DNA of 63,533 nt, filler included, from Chiloscyllium plagiosum (lineage: Eukaryota), in NCBI RefSeq assembly GCF_004010195.1. It is 6 parts of one record of this genome, joined end to end, with 100 filler letters (N's around TTAATTAATTAA, not from the genome) between each part and the next. Parts side by side here need not be neighbours in the genome. Positions count along the whole stretch, not along the records: positions 21,206 to 43,828 come from NC_057710.1; positions 43,929 to 52,764 come from NC_057710.1; 4 more parts are not named here. One strand, written 5' to 3'. The stretch's first letter is position 1. Each line of letters begins with the position of its first letter. The notes below the pieces were generated by a model. It was not told the DNA's origin. It worked only from the letters and a program-made list of their open reading frames with translations, and did no database searches. Both the position numbers and the translations under genes were made by a program. Shown here in pieces: positions 36,520-49,750 of this stretch.

Positions 36520-38672
36520 TTCATTTATATAAATGATTTGGATGTGATTATAAGGGGTATAGTTAGTAAATTTGCAGAGGACACCAAAATTGGAAGTGTA
36601 GTGGACAGCGAAGAAGGTTACCTTGGATTACAATGGGATCTTGGTCAGATGGGCCAATGGGCTGAGAAGTGGCAGATGGAATTTAATTTAGATAAATGTG
36701 AGGTGCTGCATTTTGGGAAAGCAAATCTTAGCAGGACTTATACACTTAATGGTAAGGTCCTGGGGAGTGTTGCTAAACAAAGAGACCTTGGAGTGCAGGT
36801 TCATAGCTCCTTGAAAGTGGAGTCGCAGGTAGATAGGATATTGAAGAAGGCCTTTGGCATGCTTTCCTTTATTGGTCAGAGTATTGAGTACAGGAGTTGG
36901 GAGGTCATGTTGCGGCTGTACAGGACATTGGTTAGGCCACTTTTAGAATATTGCGTGCAATTGTGGTCTCCTTCCTATTGGAAGGATGTTGTGTAACTTA
37001 AAAGGGTTCAGAAAAGATTTACAAGGATGTTGCCAGGGTTGGAGGATTTGAGCTACAGGGAGAGGTTGAATAGGATAGTGCTGTTTTCCCTGGAATGTCA
37101 TCGGAGGCTGATGTTCTTATAGAGGTTTATAAAATCATGAGGGGCATGGATAGGAAAAATAGACAAAGTGTCTTCCCTGGGTTGGGAAAGTCTAGAATTA
37201 CAGTTTTTGGGTGAGAGGGAAAAGATATAAAAGAGACCTCAGAGGCAACTTTTTCACGGAGAGAGTGGTATGTGTTTGGATTGAGCTGCCAGAGGAAGTG
37301 GTGGAGGCTTGTACAATTGCAACTCCAGCCTCCCCACTACTCTTGACCCACTCTAATTTGCCTATCGGACCAACAGATCCACGTCAGATGCCATATCTTT
37401 TGCCCGTCACTCCTCCCTAGGATATCTTGACACCAAGAACAGCTACGTAAGGATCCTATTGATTGGCTCCAGTTCAGCCTTCAACGCTATTCTCCCTTGT
37501 GACTGATTACTAAACTTAGTGATCCAGACTAAGCCTCACTCTCTGCAACTGGATCCTCAGTTTCCTGACCTACAGGCCACAATCAGTGAAGACTGGGGAC
37601 AATATTTCGTCCTCACTAACACTCAACACTGGAGCCCCCAGGGGTACGTACTCAGCCCCCAATTGTACTCACTCTCCACCCATGACTGCGTTGCCAAATA
37701 CCAGATTAATGCCATTTACAAGTTCGCTGATGACACCACTGTAGTCGATCGAATCTCAGCTGGCGACGAAACAGACTACAGATGGGAGTTGGAAGACCTG
37801 GAAAAATGGTTCTAGCTCTCAATGCCAGCAAAACCAAGGAAGTTATTGTTGACTTTTGGTGGGATGTTACTCATGCTTTACTACACATTAACAGCACAGA
37901 GGTGGAACAAGTGGAGAGTGTCAAGCTCCTGGGAGTGGTCATCCACAACAAGCTTTCTTGGACTCTTCATGTGGACGCACTGGTTACAAAGGCCCAACAA
38001 CATCTTTTCTTCCTCAGGCAGCTGAAGAAATTTGGCATGACAGTGAATACCCTTGCCAAATTTTATAGATGTGCCATCAAGAACATTCTGTCTGGATTAT
38101 GACTACCATTCAAGATCGGAAACGGTTACAGAGAGTGGGGAACTTGGCCCGGACAATCACAAAGGCCAACCTCCCATCTATAAAATCTGTCTACCAGGCC
38201 TGCTATCAAGGAAAGGCCACCAGTATTCTCAAAGATCCATCCCACCCTGGCAATGTTACCACGGGGGAGAAGGTACAGATGCCTGAACACATGCACCAAC
38301 CGGTTTCATAACAGTTTCTACCCAACTGCTGTTAGAATACTGAATAGACTCACAAATTCTTAACATTCACCTGTACCTGTGTTTTTGCTTTTGCCGCTGT
38401 TTACCTATTATTTACTTATCTATGCTACTTAACAATGTGATCTGCCTGTATTGCTCGCAAGGCAACGTTTTTCACAGTGCCTCGGTACACGTAACCATAA
38501 ATTCAATTCAAGTCAACATTTAAAAGGCATCTGGATGGGTATATGAATAGGAGGGATTTGGGGGGATATGGGCAAGGTGCTGGCAGATAGGACTAGATTG
38601 AGTTGGGATATCTGGTCAGCATGGGTGAGTTGGACCAAAGGTCTGTTTCCATGCTGTACATCTCTATGACTC
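36520..38672 (+). mobile_element. CR1/HER1 LINE 3' half split by a Rex1/Babar insertion
   Basis: ORF 36538..36996 encodes RT. The sequence ...gtacaattgcaac at 37323 resumes as caacatttaaaaggcatctgg at 38514. Confidence 0.88.
37324..38511 (+). mobile_element. Rex1/Babar-clade LINE 3' half
   Basis: [41 protein letters not shown] and KAQQHLFFLRQLKKF, with an (attca)n tail at about 38501. Confidence 0.85.
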
Positions 38673-38674
38673 TT

Positions 38675-38940
38675 TGACTGCCTGTGCGGAGTTTGCACAT
38701 TCTCCCTGCATGAATTTTCTCCGGGTGCTCCAGCTTCCTCCTTCGGTCCAAAGATGTGCAGGTTAGATGGATTGGCCATGCTAAAATTTCCTATAGTGTG
38801 CAGGGATGTGTAGGTTAAATGTATTCGCCTTGGGTAATGCAGGGTGATAGGATAGGGGGTTGGGTCTGGATAGGATACTCTTTGGAGGTTCAGTGTGGAC
38901 TTGTTGGGCCCAAAGGCCCGTTTCCACTCTGTAGATATTC
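38675..38940 (+). mobile_element. 5'-truncated HE1-type SINE
   Basis: Core gagtttgcacattctccc...ccaaagatgtgcaggttag and 3' end gggcccaaaggcccgtttccac. Confidence 0.8.
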
Positions 38941-38944
38941 AATT

Positions 38945-40445
38945 ACATCCCTCCATTCCTCTTCCATCCGTGTACCTGTCCGTGTTTCTGCAATGACAAA
39001 ACTGAATTCACCTTCGCCACTAACTCTGACAGCTTGTTCCAGACACACACCACCCGCTGTGTGAAGAAAATTGCCTCCTGGACCCTTATGTATCTGTCCC
39101 TTCACCTTAAACCTATGCACTCTAGTTTTATACTCGCTTGACATGGGGAAAAGCTGTTGGCTGTCTACCTTATCTGTGCCACTCATGATTTTATAGACCT
39201 CTTTCAGGTCATCCTTCAGTCTCCTATGCTCCAAGAAGAAAAAGTCCCAGCCTATGCAACCTCTCCTGATAGCTCAAATTTTCTAATCCTGGTAGCATCC
39301 AAGTAAATCTTTTCTCTATGCTTTCTCGTTTGATGATGCCCTTACTATATAGTAGGGCACCAGAACGGCACACAGTCCTCCAAATGTACCCTTACCAACA
39401 TCTTGTCCAGCTGCAATAAGACAAACCAACTCTGCATACTCAATGCACTGACCAATGGAAGCTCCCATGCTTCTCTGCAAAGTCTTCTCTGCCACCTTGT
39501 CAAATTATGACTCCATTTTTAAGGAGCTTGAACCTGTACCTCTAAAGCTCTTTGTCCTATAACACTCCCCTGGGCTCTACCATTCTCCTGCTCCTTGGAT
39601 GCTGCCTGACCTGCTGTGATTTTCCAGTGCCATACTTTTCGACTCTGATCTCCAGCATCTACAGTCCTGACTTTCTCCTTCCACTGTGTAAGTCCTGCCC
39701 TGGTTTGATCCATAAAAATGCAACACCTTGCAGTTATCTAAATTAAGCTCCATCTGCCATTCCTCAGCTCAATCGCCCAGTTGATAAAGATCTCACTGTC
39801 TTCCCCCTAGATAACTTTTTTCTATGTCCACTATACCACTAATCTTCATGTCATCCACAAACTTACTCTGCACTTTCCATGTATAAACTATGGCATCTTC
39901 TTAAGACCATAAATCCATAATACATAGGAGCAGAAGTAGGTCATTGAGCCCGTCAGGAACATTCCACCAATCTGTGATGTGATAATCCTCACTTTCGATA
40001 GCGAGGAATATAAAAATTGACGATAACATCATGGTCCGCAAATGCCTCATATGTTTCAATTAGTTCACCTCTCATTCTTCCATATTCCAACAAGTGCAGG
40101 CCCAATCAATTCAATCTCTCCTCATAAGACAAACCTTCTATACCTGGGATCAGGTTGGTGAACCTTTTCTGGACTGCCTCCAATGTATCTTTTGTTCGAC
40201 AAAGGACTCAAAGCTGTTCACAGTATTCCAGCTATGGTCTGTCTCGTGCCTTGCATAGTTTTAGCAAAACATCTGTACTCTTAGATTACTTCCATATTCA
40301 TTTTGAAATAAGGGTCAATATTGCATTTGCGTTCCCAATTATCCACAGAACTTGGATTCCAGACATTTGTGAATCATGGATGAAGACTCCCAGATTCCTC
40401 TCTTTGGTAGTTTTCTCCAGTCTTTCTCCAATTAAATAATATTCA
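38945..40445 (-). mobile_element. Two decayed CR1 fragments, with a PLE end at about 39580-39680
   Basis: ORF 38890..39234 (RRLKDDLKEVYKIM) and antisense CR1 motifs. Confidence 0.75.
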
Positions 40446-40476
40446 GAACAGAAGAACTGAGAACAGAAGTAAGCAA

Positions 40477-41001
40477 GTCAAAAGTGAGCACTGCAAATGC
40501 TGGAAATCAGAGTCTGGATTAGAGTGGTGCTGGAAAAGCACAGCAGGTCAGGCAGCATCTGAGGAGTAGGAAAATCGACATTTTGGGCAAAAGCCCTTCA
40601 TCAGGACTGAAGGCAGGGAACCTCCAGGGTGGATAGATAAATGGGAGGGGGTGGTGGGTGGAGCTGGGGAGAAGGTAGCAAAGAGTACAATAGGTGTATG
40701 GGGGTGGGGATGAAAGTAACTGGTGAAGTCCACATTGATGCCCTGGGGTTGAAGTGTTCCAAGGCAGAAGATAAGGCGTTCTTCCTCCAGGCGTCAGGTG
40801 GTGAGGGAGTGGCGGTGGAGGAGGCCCAGGACCTGCATGTCTTCGGCAGAGTGGGAGGGGGAGTTGAAATATTGGGACGTGGGGCGGTGGGGTTGATTGG
40901 TGCTGGAATCCCAGAGATGTTCCCTAAAACGCTCTGCGAGAAGGCATCCGGTCTCCTCAATGTAGAGGAGACCGCATCGGGAGCAGTGGATACAATAAAT
41001 G
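40477..41001 (-). mobile_element. 5'-truncated Penelope-like element with GIY-YIG endonuclease and a 14-bp TSD
   Basis: ORF 40794..41018 has VIYCIHCSRCGLLYIEETGCLLAERFREHL. TSD acagaagtaagcaa at 40463-40476 and 41002-41015. A hammerhead remnant, ctgatgaagggcttttgcccaaaatgtc, is on the minus strand. Confidence 0.88.
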
Positions 41002-41910
41002 ACAGAAGTAAGCAACACAGCCCATCAAGCCTGTTCTACCATCATGGTTAATCTCATCTGAGCCTCAACTCTACTTTCCAGCCAATTTCTCATATCCCGT
41101 TAGCCCATTGCTAATTAAAAATCTGTCTATCTCCTTAAATTATTCTGTGACCCTTCTTCCACAACATTCTGGAGTATTGCATTCCAGATCATGACCCTTT
41201 GACAGAAGTAATTCCTCCTCAACTCTGGCTTAAATCTACCACCTGCTAGTCAAAACTATTGCCCTGCTGTACAACTACTTTGTCAGTCCACTTTAACATA
41301 TTACTGCTTTTTTATAAGAATTCATTCAAAGGAAGTGGGCATCTCTGGCTATGCCAGCATTGATTGTGCATCCCTAAACTGCCCAGTGGGCAATTAAGAG
41401 TCAGCCATATTGCTGTGGGTCTGGAGTCACATAGAGGCCAGATCAGATAAGGATAATAGTTTCCTTACCTCAAGGATATCAATGAACCAAATGGTGCTTC
41501 TAATAATCGGCAATGGTTTCATTATCATCATTAGACTCTTAATTCCAGATTTCTTTTAAAGTTGAATTCAGATTGCACCATCTAGCATGGTTGGACCCAA
41601 ACCTGCGTCATCAGGACATATCCTGCATAGCTCAATTAGATCTCCTTTCATGTTTCTAAACTCTAACGATTATAGACCTAAACTGGTCAATCTTTTCTCA
41701 TAAAACAAATCATTCATCTCAGGAATTCATCTCGTGAAAGTTCACTGAACTGCCTCCAGTACAATTACATCCTTCCTCAAGTAAGGGGATGTAAACAGTG
41801 TGCAGTACTCCATTTGTATGAATGTGATCTTCATAGTTTCTGCACCATGAAGTCTGATGCAAAATGTCTGTTTAACTCTTCTGTCATGCTCTTGGTCCCC
41901 ATAACGATCT

Positions 41911-42078
41911 AGGAGAAAGTGAGGACTGCAGATGCTGGAGATCAGAGCTGAAAAATGTGTTCCTGGAAAAGCGCAGCAGGTCAGATTCCTGAAGAAGGGC
42001 TTATGCCCGAAACGTCGATTCTCCTGCTCCTTGGATGCTGCCTGGCTTGCTGCGCTTTTCCAGCAACACATTTTTCAG
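41911..42078. mobile_element. Miniature PLE family 1 foldback with an intact hammerhead core and a 14-bp TSD
   Basis: TSD ccccataacgatct at 41897-41910 and 42079-42092. Core tc-CTGAAGA-A-GGGCttatGCCC-GAAACGTC-ga at 41987-42018. Confidence 0.88.
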
Positions 42079-42519
42079 CCCCATAACGATCTCCCCAGAT
42101 TCATTTTCAAAGGAGCCTGTATTCATTTTGAACTCTTCCTTTTTATAAATTGAAAGAGGCTCTTAAAACAGAACACCACACCCTCTGGCCTACCATGTCT
42201 ATGTTGACTGTGATGTTATCATCAATTTTTATATTCCTCGCTATCGAAAGTTGCCATAGTTCTACGATGGGATGCTCTGTCATTGAGAGTCAGTGCATCT
42301 CAGGTGTCGGGAGATGTGGAGGTCATGATAACCCCAGCCTATGCGGGAATTGGCTTTGTTCCACATTGCTAACCAGCCATCCAGCCAGCTGGGATAACCA
42401 GGTCACACATTCTGCTTAACGACCTTGCCTGCCAGGTCTTTCGTCCTAATTGTTAACATTCTAAATACTTAATCTTAACAATGCTTCCTTTGTCTTAACT
42501 TTAGTTTCCTTCTCTGACA

Positions 42520-43648
42520 TGAAAACAGAGAGGAGCAAGAGTAGACAATATGGCCCCCGAAGCCCACTCTGCCATTCAAAATGATGATTGCTGATCATCA
42601 AGCTCAATACTTTAAACACACCCTCCCCACAGGCAAGGTCCCACAGCACTGGAGAATAGCCACACTGTTCCCTTTTTTAAGAAGGGCTACATGTACTTTC
42701 TTCTTGAAAACACATCATTTTGGTGTTTCACTTTCTGTGGTAATGGATTCCACAGGCTTACGACATCTGGGTGAAGATATTTCCTCCTCATCATAAGGTT
42801 TAGCCCTTATCCGTAAACCATGGCCCCATACAAAACATCTTTCCTGCATATAATCTGTCTTGTCCTGTTAGAGTTTTATAGTTTTCTAGGAGATGCCACT
42901 TCATACTTCGAAACTCCAATGAATACAATCCGAACTGACTCAATCTCTCCTCATATATCAGGCCTGCCACATCAGGAATCAATTTGGGAAACCTTTGTTG
43001 CACTCCCTCGCTAGCAAGAACATGCTTCCTCAGGTAAAGAACAATATTCCAGGGGTGGCCTCACCAATGCCCTCTGTATTTGCCGCAAGACACCCTTGTT
43101 CCTGTACTCAAATCCTCTTGCTATGAAGACCATCATCGAATTTGCCTTCTTTACAGCATGTTGTACCTGCATGCTTACTGTCAGTGACTGGTATACAAGG
43201 TTACAGAGGTCTCGCTGAGCATTCCCTCTCTCAATTTACAGCCAATCAATTAATAATATGCCTTCCTATGTTTGCTAAAAAATTGGATAACCTTATATTT
43301 ATCTTCATTATACTGTTTCTGCATTTGTCCACTCACTTCACCTGTGAAAAGTACACTGCAACATCTCTGTGTCCTCCTCACAGTTCTTCATTCCACTCAG
43401 CTTTGTATCGTCTGCAAATTTTGAGATAATACATTTAATTCCAGCATTTAAAGCATGAGATATATTGTAAGTAGCTGAAGACTTAGTTCTGATCTGTGCA
43501 GTTACCGACTAGTCATAGAGTCATAGAGATGTACAGCATGGAAACAGACCCTTCGGTCCAACCTGTCCATGCCGACCAGATATCCCAACCCAATCTAGTC
43601 CCACCTGCCAGCACTCGGGCCATATCCCTCCAATTCCTTCCTATTCTT
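42520..43648 (-). mobile_element. Decayed CR1 fragment plus a short young CR1 3' tail (43512-43648)
   Basis: ORF 42800..43003 (QQRFPKLIP...YEERLSQFGLYSLEFR) and the tail agtcatagagtcatagagatgtacagc. Confidence 0.78.
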
Positions 43649-43650
43649 AT

Positions 43651-43828
43651 GGAGAAAGTGAGGTCTGCAGATGCTGGACATCCGAGATGGAAATGTGTTG
43701 CTGGAAAAGCGCAGCAGGTCAGGCAGCATCTAGGGAACAGGAGAATCGACGTTTCGGGCATTAGCCCTTCTTCAGGAATGAGAAAAGCCTGAAGAAGGGC
43801 TAATGCCCGAAACGTCGATTCTCCTGTT
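43651..43828. mobile_element. PLE family 1 foldback with back-to-back hammerhead cores, cut by the gap
   Basis: Minus-strand core at about 43747-43778 and plus-strand core at about 43789-43818. Confidence 0.85.
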
Positions 43829-43928
43829 NNNNNNNNNNNNNNNNNNNNNNNNNNNNNNNNNNNNNNNNNNNNTTAATTAATTAANNNNNNNNNNNNNNNN
43901 NNNNNNNNNNNNNNNNNNNNNNNNNNNN
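43829..43928. other. Artificial contig spacer
   Basis: N44-TTAATTAATTAA(43873-43884)-N44. Confidence 0.97.
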
Positions 43929-46900
43929 CAAACTGTTCACCCACTAACAAGCCCATCACTTGTCCCGGTTTGTTACCGAGTACCAAATCCAATATGGCCT
44001 CCCCTCCGCTCGGGCAATCTACATACTGAGTTAGAAAAGCTTCCTGTACACACTGCACAAACACCGCCCCATCCAATCTACTTGATCTGAAGAGCTTCCA
44101 ATCAATATTTGGGAAGTTGAAATCACCCATGACTACCACCCTGTGGCTTCTGCACCTTTCCAAAATCTGATTCCCAATCTGTTTCTCCACATCTCTGCTG
44201 CTATTGGGGGGCCTATAGTAAACACCCAACAAGGTGACTGCACCTTTCCTATTTCTGACTTCAGCCCTTACTACCTCCAAAGGCAGATCCCCCTCGAACT
44301 GCCTTTCTGCAGCCTTCCTGTGATTCCACTTTCAAGGAACGATGAATCTGCAATCCAAGGTCTCTTTGTTCAGCAACACTCCCCCAGGACCTTATCATTA
44401 AGTGTATAAGTCCTGTCCTGATTTGTCTTTCCAAAATGCAGCACCTCACTTTATCTAAATTAAACTCCATCTGTCACTCCTCAGTCTATTGGTCCATCTG
44501 ATCAGGATGCTGTTGTTCTCTGAGGTAATCTTCTTTGCTGTCCGCTACACCTCCAATTTGGTATCATCTGCAAACTTACTAATCACACCTCCTATGTTTA
44601 CATCCAACTCATTTATATAAATGACAAAAAGCAATAGACCCAGCACCGATCCTTGTGACACATCGCTGGTCACAGGCCTCAAGTCTGAAAAGCAACCCTC
44701 CACCACCACCTTCTGTCTTCTATCTTCAAGCCAGTTCTGTATCCAAATGGCTAGTTCTCACTGTATTCCATGTGATCTAACCTTGCTAAGCAGTCTACCA
44801 TGAGGAACCTTATTGAACATCTTACTGAAGTCTATATAGATCATGTCTACCATGCTGCCCTCATCAATCCTCTTTGTTACTTCTTCAAAAACCTCAATCA
44901 AGTTTGTGAGACATGATTTCCCACGCACAAAGCCATTTGACTCTCCCTAATCAGTCCTTGCCTTTCCAAATACATGTAAATCCTGTTCCTCAGGAGCCTT
45001 GAGGTGAATAGAAGGTGTTGGAATACACATAAGAGAGAAATTATGGGGGCTAAAAGGGATACAAAATAACTTTGGCAGATACGGTAAAGGAGATCCCAAA
45101 GTGATTCTACAATACATGAAGGGCAGAAGAGGAGGGGCTGGAAGCCTTAAAGCGATTTAAGGCAGATAAATCCCCAGGACCTGATGAAATATATCCCAGG
45201 ACTTTGTGGGAGACTAGGGAAGAAATTGTGGGGCTCCTAGTGGTGAAGTTCCATGAAGATTGGAGGATGGCTAATGTGCCATTTTTTAAAAAGGCTACGG
45301 GGAAATGCCTGGAAACTACAGACCAGTGAGCCTAATGCCTGTTGTGGTTAAATTGTTTGAGGGGATTCTATGAGACAGGATCTATAGGCATTTGGAGAGG
45401 CAAAGACTTTTTTGGGATCATCAGCATGGCTTTGATTAAATTCCCTTCAGTATGGAAACAGGCCCTTCAGCCCAACAAGTCCACACTGACCCTCTAAAGA
45501 CTAACCCACCCAGACCCATTCCCCTACCCTATATTTACTCCTGACTAATGCACCTCACACTATGGGTACTTGAGCATGGCCAATTCACCTGACCTGCACA
45601 TCTTTGGATTGTGGGAGGAAACTGGAGGGGACCGTCCGGAGGGAACCCACGCAGAGACAGGGAGAACCTGCAGACTCCATACAGACAGTCGCCCGAGGCA
45701 GGAATTGAACCCGGGTCCAGGTACTATGAGGCAGCAGTGCTAACCACTGAGCCACCATGCCACCTTTTTGTGTGTGGGAAATCATATGTCAAGAATTTAT
45801 TGTACTTTTTGAAGGCGTGTCCAAGAAAGTAGATGAGGGCAATGCAGTAGACGTTGTCTACATGGACTTTAGCAAGGCCTTTGACAAGGTACTGCATGGT
45901 AGGTTGTTGAGTAAGGTTAAATCTCTTGGGAAAACGTGAGGCATGCAGATGCTGGAGGTCAGAGTTGTGAATGTGGTGCTGGAAAAGCACAGCAGGTCCG
46001 TGGAGCAGGAAAATTGACGTTTTGGGCATCAGCCCTTCATCAGAAATTGTTTTTTGGTTCCCAACTACCTCTGTCGTACGATTGAAAATTTAACCGTTAA
46101 CTTACTGGAACTTATTCAACCCTTCAATCACGATCATTAAATGCTTTTCCACTGATACTTCTACCATTTTCCTGACTTATTTCCCTAAAATCAGGTCCAG
46201 CACTGTTCCGTATCTTGTTGAACTTTCTGCACGCTGGTTTAAAAAAGCTGTCTGGATTTAATTTCAGAATTCTGCACCCTCTAAGCCTTTCACATTTTTT
46301 TCCTCTCCCATAATATAGGGATACCCCATAAAAATTAGGAAGGCTGAAATCTCCTATTGTTTTTCACTTCTTTGAAATTCGCCTATATATCTAGTTTTCT
46401 ATCTCTATATGACTGTTTAGAGACAGATAATACATTCCCAAGAATGTCAGTGTTCCCTCTTTTGTTTTTAAGTTCAAATCATGTGAATTCAATTGAGGAC
46501 CCTTCTTAGGTGTCATCTCTCCTTACTGTACTAATTTACTCCTTGACCAATACTGCAATACCACTTGCTCTTTTTCACCCATCCCTGTTTCGCCTGAAGG
46601 TTCCATAGTGTGGAATCTTGAGTTGCCAGTCCTATCCCTCTCTATGAAGACTGACCTGGCTTTCTTCTACACATTATATGCATCATCCACCATTGTCCTT
46701 CATTGTGAGAGGGATGGAGATTATGCTGCAGCTGCATAGGATACTCATGAGGCCACAGCTGGGGTACAGTGGTCTCCTTACTTGAGAAAAGATGTACTGG
46801 CATTGGAGGGGGTACAGAGGAGGTTCACTAGGTTTATTCTGGAGTTCAGAGGGTTGGCTTATGAGGAGAGATTGGACTAGGACTATACTCCAAAATCAGA

Positions 46901-47960
46901 CAAATGAGATGGGATCTTTGAGAAATATGTAAAATTATGAAGGGAATAAATAAGATAGAAGCAGAGAGTAGTTTCCACTGGAAGGTGAAACTAGACCTAG
47001 GGGGCATAGCCTCAAAATAAGGGGGACCAGATTTATGATTGAGTTGAGGAGGAACATCTTCACCCAAAGGATTATGAATCTATGGAACTTCTTGCCCACT
47101 GAAACAGTTGAGGCGACCTCACTGAATGTCTTTAAGGCAAAGATAGATTTTCGAACAGTAAAGGAATTAAGGGTTATAGTCAACTGAAAGATCAGCCATG
47201 TTCTTATTGAATGGTGGACCAAACTCAAGGGACAGGTGGCCTACTCCTGCTTCTATTTCTCATGTTCTTATGTTCTGAGCAGCACAAGTTAAGCCCTGCC
47301 CTGCAACCAAGAAGCATGATTGCCCCATTCAGTTCAGGTGCAACACATCAGGCTTATTCAAGTCCAACCTTCCCCAGAAATGGATTCAGTGATCCAGGAA
47401 TTTAAAGCCCACCCTCCTACTCCAACTCTTCACATTTGTCCAGTGCCATCCTCTTTCAGAATTCTGTGCATACATTCAGTAACATCCTTGACCCTGGCCC
47501 CAGAGAAGCAACATTTCTTTATGGGGTCACACCTATGGGTACAGAAACACCTGTCTATACCACTTGCTCTTGAATCTCTACCTGCTTAGCAGGGATCTGA
47601 CTGTACCCCCTGGGGGAGCCATCATTCTCTCCATTTTCTAATGCAGAAGTTCTGTTTTTGTGTGAGATGCCCTCTGGGCTCTCTTGACTATCTTCCTGCT
47701 TCCCTTTTTCTGAATGGTAGTCACCATTCCTTCCCTGACTGCACTCCCCTCAGCTGTGGGGTGACCATGTCTCAAAGTATACTGTCTATGTAACTGTCAG
47801 CATCACGGATGCTCTGTGTCTCTGGACTTCAAAACCTGGCACTCAAGGTGATCAACCAGTGGCACTTCCAGCAGCTGTGGTCATGCACACTGCCAGGAGT
47901 ATTGAAGATATCCCACATACTGAGGCTGAGCTACACATGGGACTGCGCACATCTGCCCTA
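43929..47960. mobile_element. Cluster of CR1/HER1 fragments in both orientations, with a PLE end at about 45930-46045
   Basis: Endonuclease on the minus strand at 43929-44315 (YYRPPNS, MGDFNFP); RT minus at 44315-44995; plus-strand pieces at 44995-45930 and 46700-47275; further decayed minus-strand pieces. Confidence 0.8.
45433..45763 (-). mobile_element. HE1-type SINE
   Basis: Minus-strand head ggtggcatggtggctcagtggttagcactgctgcctca and B box ggttcaattcc. Confidence 0.92.
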
Positions 47961-48369
47961 TCTTCGTTAAAAAGACATTTATCCTAAATTTAACCAAGTA
48001 CGCAAAACAAATAGAAAACTAAGTATGTTTTTTATTTTAAAGAACAATTTGGAACTCAGAGCTTTCCTTAATACAGCTTTAAAGTAAACAAAAAAACTTA
48101 GCCACTACCTAGCAATCAGCTCATTGCTTTGCATGAATGTCACTTTGATCAAACTTTTCAAGTTTTGGTTCGCAATTTCATTAAACTGCTGGAATGGTTT
48201 CCTGGATATCTCTTGCCTGAGAGAGCTAGTTTCTGTTTGAACAGTGTTGTGGATGTAATGTGAGTTGGTGTCCAACCAGCTGAAGGAAAGAACCCTCCCA
48301 GCTCAATTACCCTGTTTCTGAAAATTCCCCAGAATTGCAACTGAGTTTTAAATATTTTTAATCATATGT

Positions 48370-49750
48370 CAAATGTCAGGCAATGCCCATCTCCAACAAG
48401 AGAGAATTTAATCATCGGCCCTTGACATTCAATGACATTACCATCACTGAAAGCATCACTGTCAATGTCCTCGAAGTTGTAATTGATTAGAAGTTGAACT
48501 ATATAAATGCTGGTCAGAAGCTAGGAATAGAGGAACAGGAGTAGGCCATTCAACCCGTTGAGCCCGTTCCTGTGTGATTACAGAGGATAAAACATTTCAA
48601 TGTCTTTTATATACACTACCCCAAGAACCCTTTATACCATTAGTAATCAGAAATCTGTCAACCTCCAATTTAAGCATATTCAAAGTCTCAGCCTCCACAG
48701 CTTTCTAGGGCAGAGAACCCAAAACTTCTCAATCCTTGGGTTCAAAGAATTATCGTCAAATCGATGGTGAATGGTATCCCCCTTATATCAAATTATACTC
48801 CCTGTTTCTAAACTGGGGAAACATCTGACTTGCATCTACCGTGTTTATTCCTTTAAGTATTTGGCTTGGAATCCTGCCATGTGTAACTCACCTCCTCACT
48901 CCCAGAAGCTTTCCACTACCTACAAGACAAAGTCAGGAGTGTGATGGAATACTGTCTGAATGAGTGCAGTTTCAACAATACACAACAAGCTTAGCACCAT
49001 CCAAGGTAGGCTGCTGGAGTCATAACTGGCTAGCTTGGATTTGTCCTGCTTTCTGTGTCCAGAGTATTGGGCAATTCTCCACATTGTCGATTAAATGGCA
49101 CTGTCATTGCTGTATTGGAACAGCTTGACTGGTAGCACAGCTAGTTCTCGAGCACAAATCTTCACTACTATCGCCAGGACTTTGCATTTTCCAATGCCTT
49201 CAGTCATTTCTTCATTTCATAAGGAGTGAATCAAATTGTTTGTGGACTGGCATCTCTGATATGGGGGACCGTTGGAGAAGGCTGAGAACGATCATGCATT
49301 CGGCACTTCTGGCTGATGATTGCTGTGAACATCACAGCCTTACCTTCTCCCTCCAGTTAGTTGTTCAATTGTCCAGCACTATTCATGACTTTTTGTCACT
49401 TGCTTCTTATGCTGTTTAGTACACAAATAGTCCAGTTTTGTAGCTTCCCCTGCTGATATCTAATTTTTAGGTATACCTTATGCTGCTCTTGGCATGCCCT
49501 CCTGCATTCTCCATTGAACCAGGGTTGATCTCCTGGCATGATGGCAATGACAGAGATGGGGATACACCAGACCATGAGGTTGCAGATTATGTTGGAGTAT
49601 GATTTTGCTGATGACCCACAGCGCCTCACGAATGCCCAGATTTTTGTTGCGAGTTGCATTTGAAATCTATCATATTTAGCACAATGATAGAGGCACTCAG
49701 CACGATGGAGGGTGTCCTCAATGTGAACACAGAACTCTGTCTCCACAAGG
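48370..49750. mobile_element. Old CR1/L2-type LINE fragments (both orientations)
   Basis: 48375-49010 matches the old LINE at 58870-60520 (catctccaacaagagag..., gtcaggagtgtgatggaatact). ORF 49396..49746 (minus) has DQPWFNGECRRAC. Confidence 0.65.
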
